A DNA stretch of 64,000 nt from Octopus sinensis. Lineage: Eukaryota. A program made the position numbers and the translations under genes. Under the pieces are notes generated by a model. The model searched no databases. It was not told the DNA's origin and saw nothing but the letters and a program-made list of their open reading frames with translations. The stretch covers positions 23,684,001 to 23,748,000 of the forward strand of contig NC_043018.1 of assembly GCF_006345805.1 (NCBI RefSeq), given 5' to 3'. Positions 49,206 to 59,519 of this stretch are shown piece after piece; position 1 is the first letter of the stretch, and every line of letters begins with the position of its first letter.

Positions 49206-52200
49206 GTATATATATGTGTTTGTCCCCCCAACATCGCTTGACAACCGATGTCGGTATGTTTACGTCCCCGTTACTTAGCGGTTCAGCAAAAGAGACCGAT
49301 AGAATAAGTACTAGGCTTACAAAGAATAAGTCCTAGGGTCGATTTGCTCGACTAAAAGGCGGTGCTCCAGCATGGCAGCAGTTAAATTACTGAAACAAGT
49401 AAAAGAGTAAAGAGTAAGAGTAAATGTGCCAGACTACTTCTGGGTTAACTTTTTTGGTGGCACAAAAAGTTCAAGGATGGCAGAGAGGAAGTGAGAGAAG
49501 ATGAAAAGTGAGGGAGGGAGGGAGAAGGATGTCAGAACATCAGAGCTGGCTGAGATAAGGAATATTGCTGTCCTAGAATGGATGATGTTACTGTCATTTA
49601 GCCCCAGGAAACATTGTTTCCAGCTGGCTATACAACACAATATCTGTGTCCTTATATTTTTGAACAGGGGCTTCAGCACTCCGATCCAGCACAAGACAAC
49701 ACCCGTGGACTGGTTTCTGGGTTATTGCTCTTTATCAACGCAGGATAGCTGCTTGGCTGGGTGGCACTGCTGAACTCACAATTTGAATATAGTTTTCAAA
49801 GTGACACACAATCACTGATTTAATAAAATAGAAATACTATTATTTCTAAAATTCACACTTTTCTCGATGAAGACTGGCACAGTGATGAATTTAGCATACA
49901 GACGACTGTTGTTATCACTAGGCCTAACTCATCGTAAAGTCAATACCACCATGACTGATATCCAATCTACCGTGGAGAAGGCTAGCCACTGGATTTGGTT
50001 AAAAAGAAACAATGAGGATATTGAGTTTAACTTCATAACCAGCTGATCTAGCAAGTGGGGCCTCATATTAGTGAGGGGGCCAGTGCGCATTGATGCCGTC
50101 GAGAGGTAGGCCCCAAAACGGCGCGCATTCTCTCCTGATGACCCCATACACTTGCTGGCTTCTGGTATATGGAGCTTTTGACTGGTAGCACTTGCATCTG
50201 CAAGTCGTTTGCAAGACATCACCAAGGCTCAGTCTTCAGCCCCCTCCTATTCATCATTGTCCTCTAGGCCATAACAGATACTGGGCCACACAGAAAGAAT
50301 AAATTTTTTAATTTCATTTGTATTTTATTGACTATCACAGTCTGCAGAGTGTTTTTTGCATTATATGTAATAATTGAATTATATATTATGCCCTTCATTG
50401 TGTTGTGGTATTCATGGAAAGACTGTCTTGCATGAAACTGTCCATGGAGCAAAAAATGTTGTGGGTCACTGGCCTACATGCTTTAGGTTACTTATTTCTT
50501 TATTGCCCACAAGGGGTTAAACACAGAGGGGACAAACAAGGACAGACAAAGGGATTAAGTCGATTACATCGACTCCTGTGCGTAATTGGTACTTAATTTA
50601 TCGACCCCGAAAAGATGAAAGGCAAAGTCAACCTCGGCGGAATTTGAACTCAGAACGAAACGGCAGACGAAATACCTATTTCTTTACTATCCACAAGGGG
50701 CTAAACACAGAGAGGACAAACAAGAACAGACAAACGGATTAAGTCAATTATATCGACCCCAGTGCCTAACTGGTACTTAATTTATCGACCCCGAAAAGAT
50801 GAAAGGCAAAGTCAACCTCGGCGGAATTTGAACTCAGAACGAAACGGCAGACGAAATACCTATTTCTTTACTATCCACAAGGGGCTAAACACAGAGAGGA
50901 CAAACAAGAACAGACAAACGGATTAAGTCAATATATCGACCCCAGTGCCTAACTGGTACTTAATTTATCGACCCCGAAAAGATGAAGGCAAAGTCAACCT
51001 CGGCGGAATTTGAACTCAGAACGAAACGGCAGACGAAATACCTATTTCTTTACTATCCACAAGGGGCTAAACACAGAGAGGACAAACAAGAACAGACAAA
51101 CGGATTAAGTCAATTATATCGACCCCAGTGCCTAACTGGTACTAATTTATCGACCCCGAAAAGATGAAAGGCAAAGTCAACCTCGGCGGAATTTGAACTC
51201 AGAACGAAACGGCAGACGAAATACCTATTTCTTTACTACCCACAAGGGGCTAAACACAGAGAGGACAAACAAGAACAGACAAACGGATTAAGTCAATTAT
51301 ATCGACCCCAGTGCGTAACTGGTACTTATTTAATTGACCCCAAAAGAATGAAAGGCAAAGTCAACCTCGGCGGAATTTGAACTCAGAACGTAGCGGCAGA
51401 CAAAATACTGCTAAGCATTTCGCCCGGCGTGCTAACGTTTCTGCCAGCTTCCACTTTTAGGTTACTGTGTACAAGGTTACATGCTTTAGGTTACTGTGTA
51501 CAAGGATCCCAACCTACTGCTCATACTATAAAATGGTTTGCTAAGGATCAAAGAAAGTGTAGTGTTGTGAGGTCCTTCTAGTCCTGTCTCACCAAGGATT
51601 ACTCAATCTCTGCCTTGTTTTGATGCCAAATGTACTCAGTAGGCGCAGGAGTGGCTGTGTGGTAAGTAGCTTGCTTGCCAACCACATGGTTCCAGGTTCA
51701 GTCTCACTGCGTGGCACTTCGGGCAAGTGTCTTCTCCTATAGCCTCGGGCCGACCAAAGCCTTGTGAGTGGATTTGGTAGACGGAAACTGAAAGAAGCCT
51801 GTTGTGTATATGTATATATATATATTTGTGTGTCTGTGTTTGTCCCCCCAACATCGCTTGACAACCGATGCTGGTGTGTTCATATCCCCGTAACTTAGCG
51901 GTTCGGCAAAAGAGACCGCTAGAATAAGTACTAGGCTTACAAAGAATAAGCCCTGGGGTCAATTTGCTCGACTAAAAATGGCGGTGCTCCAGCATGGCCG
52001 TAGTCAAATGACTGAAACAAGTAAAAGAGTAAAGAGAGAGTAGAGTCTGTTAAAAGGTTGATGGTAGGAAGAGCATCCAGTTGTAGAAACGAAGTGACAC
52101 AAATTCATTCACAAGGTTTAGTGGCAAACCTGAGACTAAGACCCTTGCCTAAGGTGTCACTTGGAGACTGGACCTAGAATCATGCGGTTGCAAAGTGGAC

Positions 52201-52822
52201 CTTTCAACCACACAACCTTGGCTTAAGTGTGTAAAAGTTTGTTTAAAGTAAGGGGAGAGGGAGGGGGAGAAACCAGAGTTTGTTTGGATTGAGGGAGTGA
52301 GAGACAGACAGACAGACAGATGCGAAATTATACACAAAAGGAATAGAGGGAAATTTGGGGAATGAGAGAAAGAGAGAGAGGGAGGGATAAGGAGAGAGAG
52401 AGAGAGAGAAAAAGAAAGAGTAGGAGACAATGAGGACAATAAGCACAAGGAGGATGAGGAGGAGGGAAATTTGGGGAATGAGAGAAAGAGAGAGAGGGAG
52501 GGATAAGGGGAGAGAGAGAGAGAGAGAGAAAGAAAGAGTAAGAGACAATGAGGACAATAAGCACAACGAGGATGAGGAGGATTATACACACATGCACACA
52601 CACACACACATATACGTGCACTAATATACATACATGTACAAACACACACACATTTACATACGCATATAAAAGTTAAAATCTTTTAGTACTTTTTTTTTGT
52701 TGTTTTTTACCTTTTTGTGTTTTGTCTTCCATCACATTCTGTGCATGAAGCCTTTGGTCTAAGATGTACATCATTTCTCCTCCAAGATTTAAAATCAGGG
52801 CCGGCAGAGTACGCAACGACAT
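36868..52822 (-). CDS. OSCP1: Organic solute carrier partner 1 (OSCP1/NOR1), complete 10-exon CDS, 1149 nt, 382 aa
   Basis: Exons 52711-52822, 48337-48491, 46811-46978, 44511-44591, 44268-44371, 42636-42761, 40952-41030, 39852-40006, 38312-38369, 36868-36978; all GT-AG and phase-consistent. Motifs MSLRTLP..LNLGGEMMYILDQRL, RLNAASMDKLYDLMTM, EFQLLRQT..FFQD.HVRVS, ELNRIMGE..DLLDLMD. Confidence 0.95.
37218..37537. mobile_element. hAT MITE
   Basis: TIRs CAGTGGTTCTCAA / TTGAAAACCCCTG, perfect 8-bp TSD ATCTACAT. Confidence 0.9.
38312..38369 (-). CDS. OSCP1: OSCP1 exon 9
   Basis: PAIIRDATKPLEIMIDASK; phase 2 to 0. Confidence 0.82.
39852..40006 (-). CDS. OSCP1: OSCP1 exon 8
   Basis: ...ALAQLQLLSRLIGM...IELNLFCSTPEDKDDDE...; phase 0 to 2. 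Confidence 0.87.
40952..41030 (-). CDS. OSCP1: OSCP1 exon 7
   Basis: YSDDNHIVTADGKSKSSLSCRGGPDG; phase 2 to 0. Confidence 0.8.
41700..42525 (-). repeat. Tandem array of about 177-bp SINE B-derived units
   Basis: Repeated GCATTTTGCCTGAATGGGCTAATAATTCTGCCAGCTCGCCGCCTTTGTGCAAGACATTATATTG junction. Confidence 0.85.
42636..42761 (-). CDS. OSCP1: OSCP1 exon 6
   Basis: SFDENGKLVKSISANPGGRYLPSAKGSIEPKGDRGTKLGCN; phase 2 to 2. Confidence 0.9.
43828..44240 (+). mobile_element. SINE family D (MetaSINE-like domain, (GAT)n tail) with internal ~50-bp repeats
   Basis: CGTTAGGAAGGGCATCCAGCCGTAGAAA domain, CCCATGCTAGCATGGAAAGCGGACG tail; another copy at 7010-7255. Confidence 0.7.
44268..44371 (-). CDS. OSCP1: OSCP1 exon 5
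   Basis: VSIYLKEKIQNADGSFVLSRSGQVAWNTEIPIVIR; phase 0 to 2. Confidence 0.92.
44511..44591 (-). CDS. OSCP1: OSCP1 exon 4
   Basis: MYSELSDGEFQLLRQTALSFFQDIHVR; GTAAGT donor. Confidence 0.93.
45443..46064. mobile_element. hAT MITE containing a Helitron
   Basis: TIRs CAGTGCTTCTCAAA / TTTGAGTAGCACTG, 8-bp TSD ACTTAATG / ACTTAACG. Confidence 0.85.
45555..45887 (+). mobile_element. Non-autonomous Helitron
   Basis: A|TCTCTATATATATAAA start, GCAACGCCGGG subterminal motif, CTAG|T end. Confidence 0.8.
46811..46978 (-). CDS. OSCP1: OSCP1 exon 3
   Basis: LYDLMTMGVKYQFLMC...RKFIK; ttttcag acceptor, GTTTGT donor. Confidence 0.93.
47066..47890 (-). repeat. Chain of diverged SINE B copies, mostly separated by (TAA)/(CAA) tracts
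   Basis: Four same-orientation copies; similar chain at 57075-59175. Confidence 0.8.
47902..48312 (+). mobile_element. Family A SINE, young-looking
   Basis: Near-consensus copy abutting OSCP1 exon 2. Confidence 0.88.
48337..48491 (-). CDS. OSCP1: OSCP1 exon 2
   Basis: LQEIVGTMFSKHFMDELF...RLNAASMDK; cattccag acceptor, GTAAGT donor. Confidence 0.93.
48971..49423 (+). mobile_element. Family A SINE
   Basis: Near-consensus copy. Confidence 0.88.
50493..51449 (-). repeat. Tandem pentamer of family B SINE (182-184 bp units)
   Basis: Unit starts 50493, 50677, 50861, 51043, 51226; near-identical. Confidence 0.92.
51641..52040 (+). mobile_element. Family A SINE
   Basis: Near-consensus copy. Confidence 0.88.
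52347..52580. repeat. Tandem duplication of about 118 bp, purine-rich
   Basis: GAGGGAAATTTGGGGAATGAGAGAAAG...GAGGATGAGGAGGA occurs twice. Confidence 0.85.
52711..52822 (-). CDS. OSCP1: OSCP1 coding exon 1
   Basis: MSLRTLPALILNLGGEMMYILDQRLHAQNVMEDKTQK; donor G|GTAAAA. Confidence 0.93.
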
Positions 52823-52931
52823 TGTTTTGCCTCTTCTCTAATCCTCTGGACTTACAGTTTTTTTTTGTCTTCGACAAGTTTTTAAACTTTTTCCTAGCGC
52901 TCTCTCTCTCTCTCTATCTATCTGTCTATAG

Positions 52932-52963
<32 letters not shown>

Positions 52964-52998
52964 CTATAGCTCTCTCTATCTATCTATCTATCTCTAGT

Positions 52999-53032
<34 letters not shown>

Positions 53033-53269
53033 TCCGATATATAGATATATATGTACGTATGTATTATATTTATGTATATGTAGTTTGCGTGTATTTGTTT
53101 GTGTGTACGTGTTCTGTTAGTAAACTAAGTTTCTCTTTGCTAAAGTGTTGGCCTGTTGCAACAGACAACTAAGAATGAAATGTCTTCCAAATTCCGAACA
53201 ACTTCGTTATGTTTGTCAATATTGTGTTTTTGCCTTCTTTTTAAAGTTCAGAGAGAAGCTTCCTCACGC

Positions 53270-53282
53270 TTTGCCTAGCAAC
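53270..53282. promoter_or_regulatory. RFX X-box-like site upstream of OSCP1
   Basis: TTTGCCTAGCAAC (reverse complement GTTGCTAGGCAAA); further GTTGC half-sites at 53155 and 53294. Confidence 0.5.
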
Positions 53283-54147
53283 TGGGACAAACTGTTGCTA
53301 AACGGTCGTCACACGAATGTAGCTCTGACCACTGTTACACGGGTCCTCATGTGGATTACACGCCTCTACGTGGTCACAGAATGTGCTAGAAATAGCAGCT
53401 AAGCCACTCCTAAATCCCTACATTTATAAAAAAAAGGAAGTTCTCGATACACCTAAAAAAAACGGATAGCCATGGCGGGAACGTCTTTGATCACACTCCA
53501 GAGTCTACGTGGAACTAAACAGAACTACAGTGGGATTGTCTCACCTGCGTGGTTTTTTGACCTGCTAGAAATAGAAGCCTAATCTCCCTCAAACCACAAT
53601 CTTTGAAGAAACACATTTAATGATGTAGTCCGAGATACCCAATGACGAGAAAACTTGCGGCGTGTGTGTCTTTGATGGATCTTGTTTTATCATCGTCCTT
53701 CAAAAATGTTTATACATTAGAGGAATGTTCGAACACGACATTCTTACTGTGACCATCACGTCTTCCGATCAGGTTGAATTTGGACAACAGTAGCAATAGT
53801 AAAACAAATACGTATAACTACACATACATGTAGTGCGTGTGCGTGCGTTTGTGTGTGTGTGTGTGTGCGGTTCTCTGTCATGAACACAGACACTATGAAC
53901 AGTTCCGTTCACATTGAGAAGTTGGGTGCAGTTTTATTCTTGGATTACATTGTTTATAATAGGTTTTTCTTTAATAGCATCCAGGGAAACTGTTTCCATG
54001 GGAGCCTGTACGTGACTGTATTTGTGATTAATGTGTGGGTGTGTGTGTGTGTGTATTGATCAGCTCTGGTTCATGATAAATACAAAACAGTACTCAACGA
54101 TATGACAATAGTAAGGATGCATAATACAATTTAACGATAATAGCTTT

Positions 54148-54717
54148 CTAACAAATGCTGCTACATGACTCCGAGTTTCGTGTAAGATTCATAGGCATTT
54201 TTTTTTTCATCTGGCTTGTTCTGAGAACAACTTTCTCCCTTATATCTGAGATCTTAAAAAGGGCCGTGGGTGTTGACTGTGAGTATATAGTGACGCCGTC
54301 CATTCTGGAATTATTTTCTGTCGGTGATACAACCTGGTTAAAGCACCTTCGCATCTCACTTCTTCTACACACATTCCCATTATCATCATTTAACGTCTGT
54401 TTTTCTATGCTGGCATGGATGAGACGGTTTTATAGGATCTGGCAAGCTGCAGGGCTGCATTGAGCTCCAATGTCATCTGTGGTATTATTTCTACAGCAGG
54501 ATGCCTTCTTAACACCAACCACTTTACAGTGTGTACTGGGCGCTTTTTTTTTTTTAAGCAAACGACACTAGTGAGGTCGTCAAGTCATTTACAAGACATG
54601 AAAATAACAGGTAAAAGGTAAAACCTGGCCACACTATCTCAATAGACTTACCTGCTGTTGTGATGATGCTTGTCAATTGCTGCTGATATTAAAACAGGAG
54701 AAAATGTTTCTATATTT
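54148..54717 (-). other. Two candidate terminal exons (54652-54717, 54148-54364) of an unidentified gene
   Basis: Strong CAG|GTAAGT donor, phase-2 join into a 72-codon open frame, AATAAA about 210 nt past the stop. Confidence 0.3.
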
Positions 54718-55859
54718 CTGAATTAAATTTTTATATATTTCATATAAACAATCACTTGTACAAGTTTTACAAGCACCAATCTAGAACAGAAAACATAACT
54801 AAAGTGAGACATTGTTAGTATAATCCTTCAGAATTGAGATTACGCTGTCAAAAAGTGTGAAGGCACATGGCTCAGTGGTTAGAGCATCAGGCGCACAATC
54901 ATGAGGTAGTGAGTTCGATTCCTGGACTGGGTTGTGTGTTGTATTCTTGAGCAAGACACTTTATTTCACGTTGCTTCAGTTCACTCAGCTGTAGGAATGA
55001 GCTGCAATGCCACTGGTACCAAGCTGGTGAGGAGAGGAGAGTCTGGTATGCATTGGCAACTGCTGGTCTTCCATAAACAACCTTGCCTGGACCAGGCTAT
55101 GTTGTGTTCTTGAGCAAGACACTTTATTTTCATGCTGCTCCAGTCCATTCAGCTGCAGAAACAAGATACATCACTGGTGCCAAGCTGTATCAGCCCCTTT
55201 GCCTTTCCCTTGGATAACATCGGTGGCGTGGAGAGCGGAGACTGGTATGCATGTGCAACTACTGGTCTTCCGAGGTGCAAATCCCATGGTCATTGTGACC
55301 AAAGAGAGTCTTTAAAAAATATTTTTATCATGCCAAACCATTAATCCCTACACATTTTTTTCTCTCTCCATTTTTTTTGCTTGTCAATCCTTTCTGTCAA
55401 AGAGAGTAGGCTCAAAACATCAAAGACTTTTCCATTCTTCCTAAACTAATACACCTGCTTGCTGTTCTTTCACCTGTCATTTGTTTTCTGTAAATTTGAA
55501 CTACACACACACACACACACACCTTACCTTACTATGCCTTTAAACTGTGCATATCTAACCCAGACGTTCTACCTGTTTTATATACAAACTTGTCAGGTCT
55601 GGCCTCTTATACCTACCCTACAATGTCATTCTAAAAATAAACAGCCACATCATCAAATTCTCAAAGCCACAAGATAATCCATGATTAACTCAAACCAACG
55701 TGAGCTAATAAGCATTACATTTGACAGAGTAATCAGAAAGTTTAAGGATTAAAGGGTTTAACTGAACAAAAGGACCCCAGTACTTTCTTTTGAAGTCTGA
55801 TACTTATTCTATGAATCTTCTTTTGCTGAACTGCTAAGTTAAAAGGATGTAAATATACC

Positions 55860-56235
55860 ATCATCATCATCATCATCATTGTTCGACCATGGTCGAGACA
55901 ATGGAATTTACCATGCTACGCCAGACTTCACGGTCCATTATGGCATTACGGAGGTCCTGTTGCTGGATGCCTGTATCCCTGGAGATTACATCAGGGTAGG
56001 AGAGTGTGTGCCCTCTGGTATTGCGAGTAGATGGCTTCCAGAGGAGAAGAGTAGAAATTACCTCTTTTTCAGCTCTACAACAATGTCCAGCAAACTGGAC
56101 TCTCCTACCTTTCACAAGAGATGACACAGGTGGTAATTTCCCATATATTTGCATTTTGGTTGGATGGCGCTTCCACGAGAGATTTTGAGCTCTCATAAGG
56201 AGGCGAGTGTAGGTTCCATCCAACCGCCTCTCAAA
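55860..56235 (-). mobile_element. RTE LINE 3' end
   Basis: LDGTYTRLLMRAQNLSWKRHPT..RRVQFAGHCCR..MDREVWR, (GAT)n tail. Confidence 0.85.
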
Positions 56236-57307
56236 TATACCAACATAGATGGTCAAGTTGCCATGACGGACTAACACAAACACACACATACAAAAAGAGA
56301 CAGATAGGATACTTTGATACTTTGATAGGTTTCGGCCATTATTGGCCCAGGCCATGTCTAACTTAATAGCACCACCTGGGTAAGTAACAGATTTTTGAAA
56401 AAAAATTAAGTATTGGGAGTTGGTTTGTTCAAGTAGACCCTTGAATGTGATGCCCCAGCATGGCCACAGTTCAATAATTGTAACAAAGGAAATCTATATA
56501 TATAAAACTCAACTTGTGTGCATCTGTGTGTGTGTCTGTGTGTTTAACTTCCCGGCACATCTCCTCCTAGCCAACAAATCGTAGAACCACCAAAAATGGG
56601 TCACTTAAAGTTTAGGCGAATGAAAATTGAACTGCGCTATTTCTGTTCCGAAATTAATCTCGCAAGTGCAAAAATCGATAATGTGTTTGTTTAGGCCTTA
56701 TCCCATGCATTGAATAGTGAACTTTACTCAGTCAGCTGTTTGACCTGAACTGTGTTCACCACGCATGCAAGCATGTGTAAATTGCATGAAAAATAAAAAA
56801 TCAAGATAGAAAAACGGACAATACTGCTAGTAATATACAAAGAAACACAGTTATTATGTTTATAGAAGTCTTTATTATACAACATTTACATGGATTTTGG
56901 TTTTTATTTGAAAATATAATAATATATTACAAGTTAATCATTAGAAATCATCAGTCAAGTAGATAGCTGCAATCAGATTTGTTGGAGACCACATAGGAAC
57001 AACAACAATAACAACAACAACAACAATAATAATAATAATAATAATAATAAAATAATAATAATAATGATGATAAGGATTCTTTCTACTAAAGGCACAAAGG
57101 CCTGAAATTTGTGGCGGGGGACCTAAGTCGATTACATCGACCCCCAGTGCTCAACTGGTACTTATTTCATCAACCCCGAAAGGCTGAAAGGCAAAGTCAA
57201 CCTCTGCAGGATTTGAACTCAGAACGTAAAGATGGACGAAATACCACTAAGCATTTTTTCCGGTGTGCTAACAATTCTGCCAGTTCGCTACCCTAATAAT
57301 AATAATA

Positions 57308-57338
<31 letters not shown>

Positions 57339-57861
57339 CATCATCATATCATTACGTCCGTTCCACGCTAGCATGGGTTGGACGGTTCGACGGGGATCTG
57401 GGAAGCCAGAAGGCTGCCCAGGCTCCGGTCTTATCTGGCAATGTTTCTACAGCGGATAAGACCAGAGCCTGGGGCAGCCTTCTGGCTTCCCAGATCCCTG
57501 GTCGAACCGTCCAACCCATGAAGCATGGAGAACGGACATAAACGATGATGATGATGATTATATATTATATTATTATTATATTATTATTATTATTATTAGG
57601 GTAGCGAACTGGCAGAATTGTTAGCACACCAGAAATAATAATAATAATCCTTTCTACTAAAGGCACAAGGCCTGAAATTTGCAGGGAAGGGTCTAGTCGA
57701 TTACATCGACCCCAGTATTTCACTGGTACTTAATTTATCGACCTCGTAAGGATGAAAGTCAAAGTCGACCTCAGCGGAATTTGAACTCAGAATGTAACGA
57801 CAGACAAAATACCACTAAGCATTTTGCCTGGTGTGCTAACGATTCTACCAGTTCGTTGCCT

Positions 57862-57917
<56 letters not shown>

Positions 57918-58239
57918 CTTTTCTACTATAGGCACAAGAACTGAAATTTGGTGGGACGGGGCTAATTGATAATATTGACCCCCAAAAGGATGAAATAATA
58001 ATAATAATAATAATAATAGTGGTTTCAAATTTTGGCACAAGGCCAGCAATTTCTGGGAAGATAAGTTGATTAGATCAATCCCCATTGCTCGACTGGTATT
58101 TATTTTATTAATCCCAAAAGGATGAAATACAAAAGTCAATCCTGGTGGCATCTGGACTCAATGTGAAGTCAGAAGAAATGAAGCTAAGCATTTTTCCCCG
58201 ATCTGGTAACAATTCTGCCAACTTGGTGCCTTTCTTTTT

Positions 58240-58690
58240 TGTTTTTTTTTTCTCTCTAGTTTCAGCTCAGAGCTGTGGCCATGCTGGTGCACCGCCATTT
58301 TGCTACACTGTTATTACTGAGAGCCTCCTCTAATATGTGGCACTTGGTGAAGAATGGAGTTTGATGTAGCTACCCTCATTTTACACCTCTTGCCGTAAGG
58401 TAGATTCGTCTGGGACTCTTGACAGGGAGAGGTCCAGCTTTGATTTAAAAACACCTACATCTACTTTGTGCAGGTTCCTTAGGCTCTTTGGGAGAATATT
58501 AAAAAGCTGTGTGGCCCTGAAACCCAGACTGTTGCAGTAATTGGTCCTGAAGTGCGATGGCATTGCTGGGATCTTTGGCACTATGCAGTATCGTCCCATT
58601 CTGGCATTGGTGTAGTTTTCAATGCCAAAATTTGGCACAATTCCTTCCAGGATCTTCCAGATATATATTACTGCATACCTCTCCCTTGAT
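58240..58690 (-). mobile_element. CR1/L2-group LINE 3' end whose tail matches SINE family A
   Basis: NSLGFRATQLFNILPKSLRNL..FKSKLD..VPDE; 3' end GGCGGTGCACCAGCATGGCCACAGC..CTGAAAC. Confidence 0.82.
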
Positions 58691-58694
58691 GATC

Positions 58695-58726
<32 letters not shown>

Positions 58727-59179
58727 CCTTTGTACTGGAAGCACAAGGCCTCAAATTTGGGGGAAGGGATTAAGTCGATTATATCGACTCCAGTGCATAA
58801 CTGGTACTTATTTAATCGACCCCAAGAGGATGAATGGCAAAGTTGACCTTGGCAGAAATTGAACTCAGAACATAGCAGCAGATGAAATACTGCTAAGCAT
58901 TTCACCTGGTGTGCTAATGATTCTGCCAGCTCACTGCCAAATGATAATAATAATAATAATGGTTTCAAATTTTGCCACAAGGGCAGTAATTTTTGAGGAG
59001 GAGATGAGTCAATTTACATTGACCCCAGTGTGTAACTGGTTCTTATTTTATTGACTCTGAAGGGATGAAAGGCAAAGTCGACCTTGGCAGAATTTGAACT
59101 CTGAACGTAGTGGCAGACGAAATACCGCCAAGCATTTCATCCTGTACACTAACGATTCTGCCAGCTCACTGCCTTGATG

Positions 59180-59229
<50 letters not shown>

Positions 59230-59519
59230 CTCAGGAAAATAGTACTAAACATTTAGGCTCAAACTCTTCAAAAGTTCTTGTCCTTGTAATATATTCTGTA
59301 TATATTCGTGTCTTATCACATGAGTCAAGAGTGAGAACCCAACAGGACTGGAAACATTTACATTATAATGCCTGCCCCAGGTTACTAGAGTGGTTGTTTG
59401 GCAGGTATTCATTATCTAGTTGACATCAAAGGGAAAATATGAATAATAATATTTATTTTTTATTTAACACATTTTTTAGCCTTCAACATCTCCGTTAACT
59501 TTGAACAAATTTGCTCATT

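Noticed and set aside
49860-49900. Possible hammerhead (CTCGATGAAGACTGGCACAGT)
   Set aside because: Core is corrupted and no GAAA-helix III follows.
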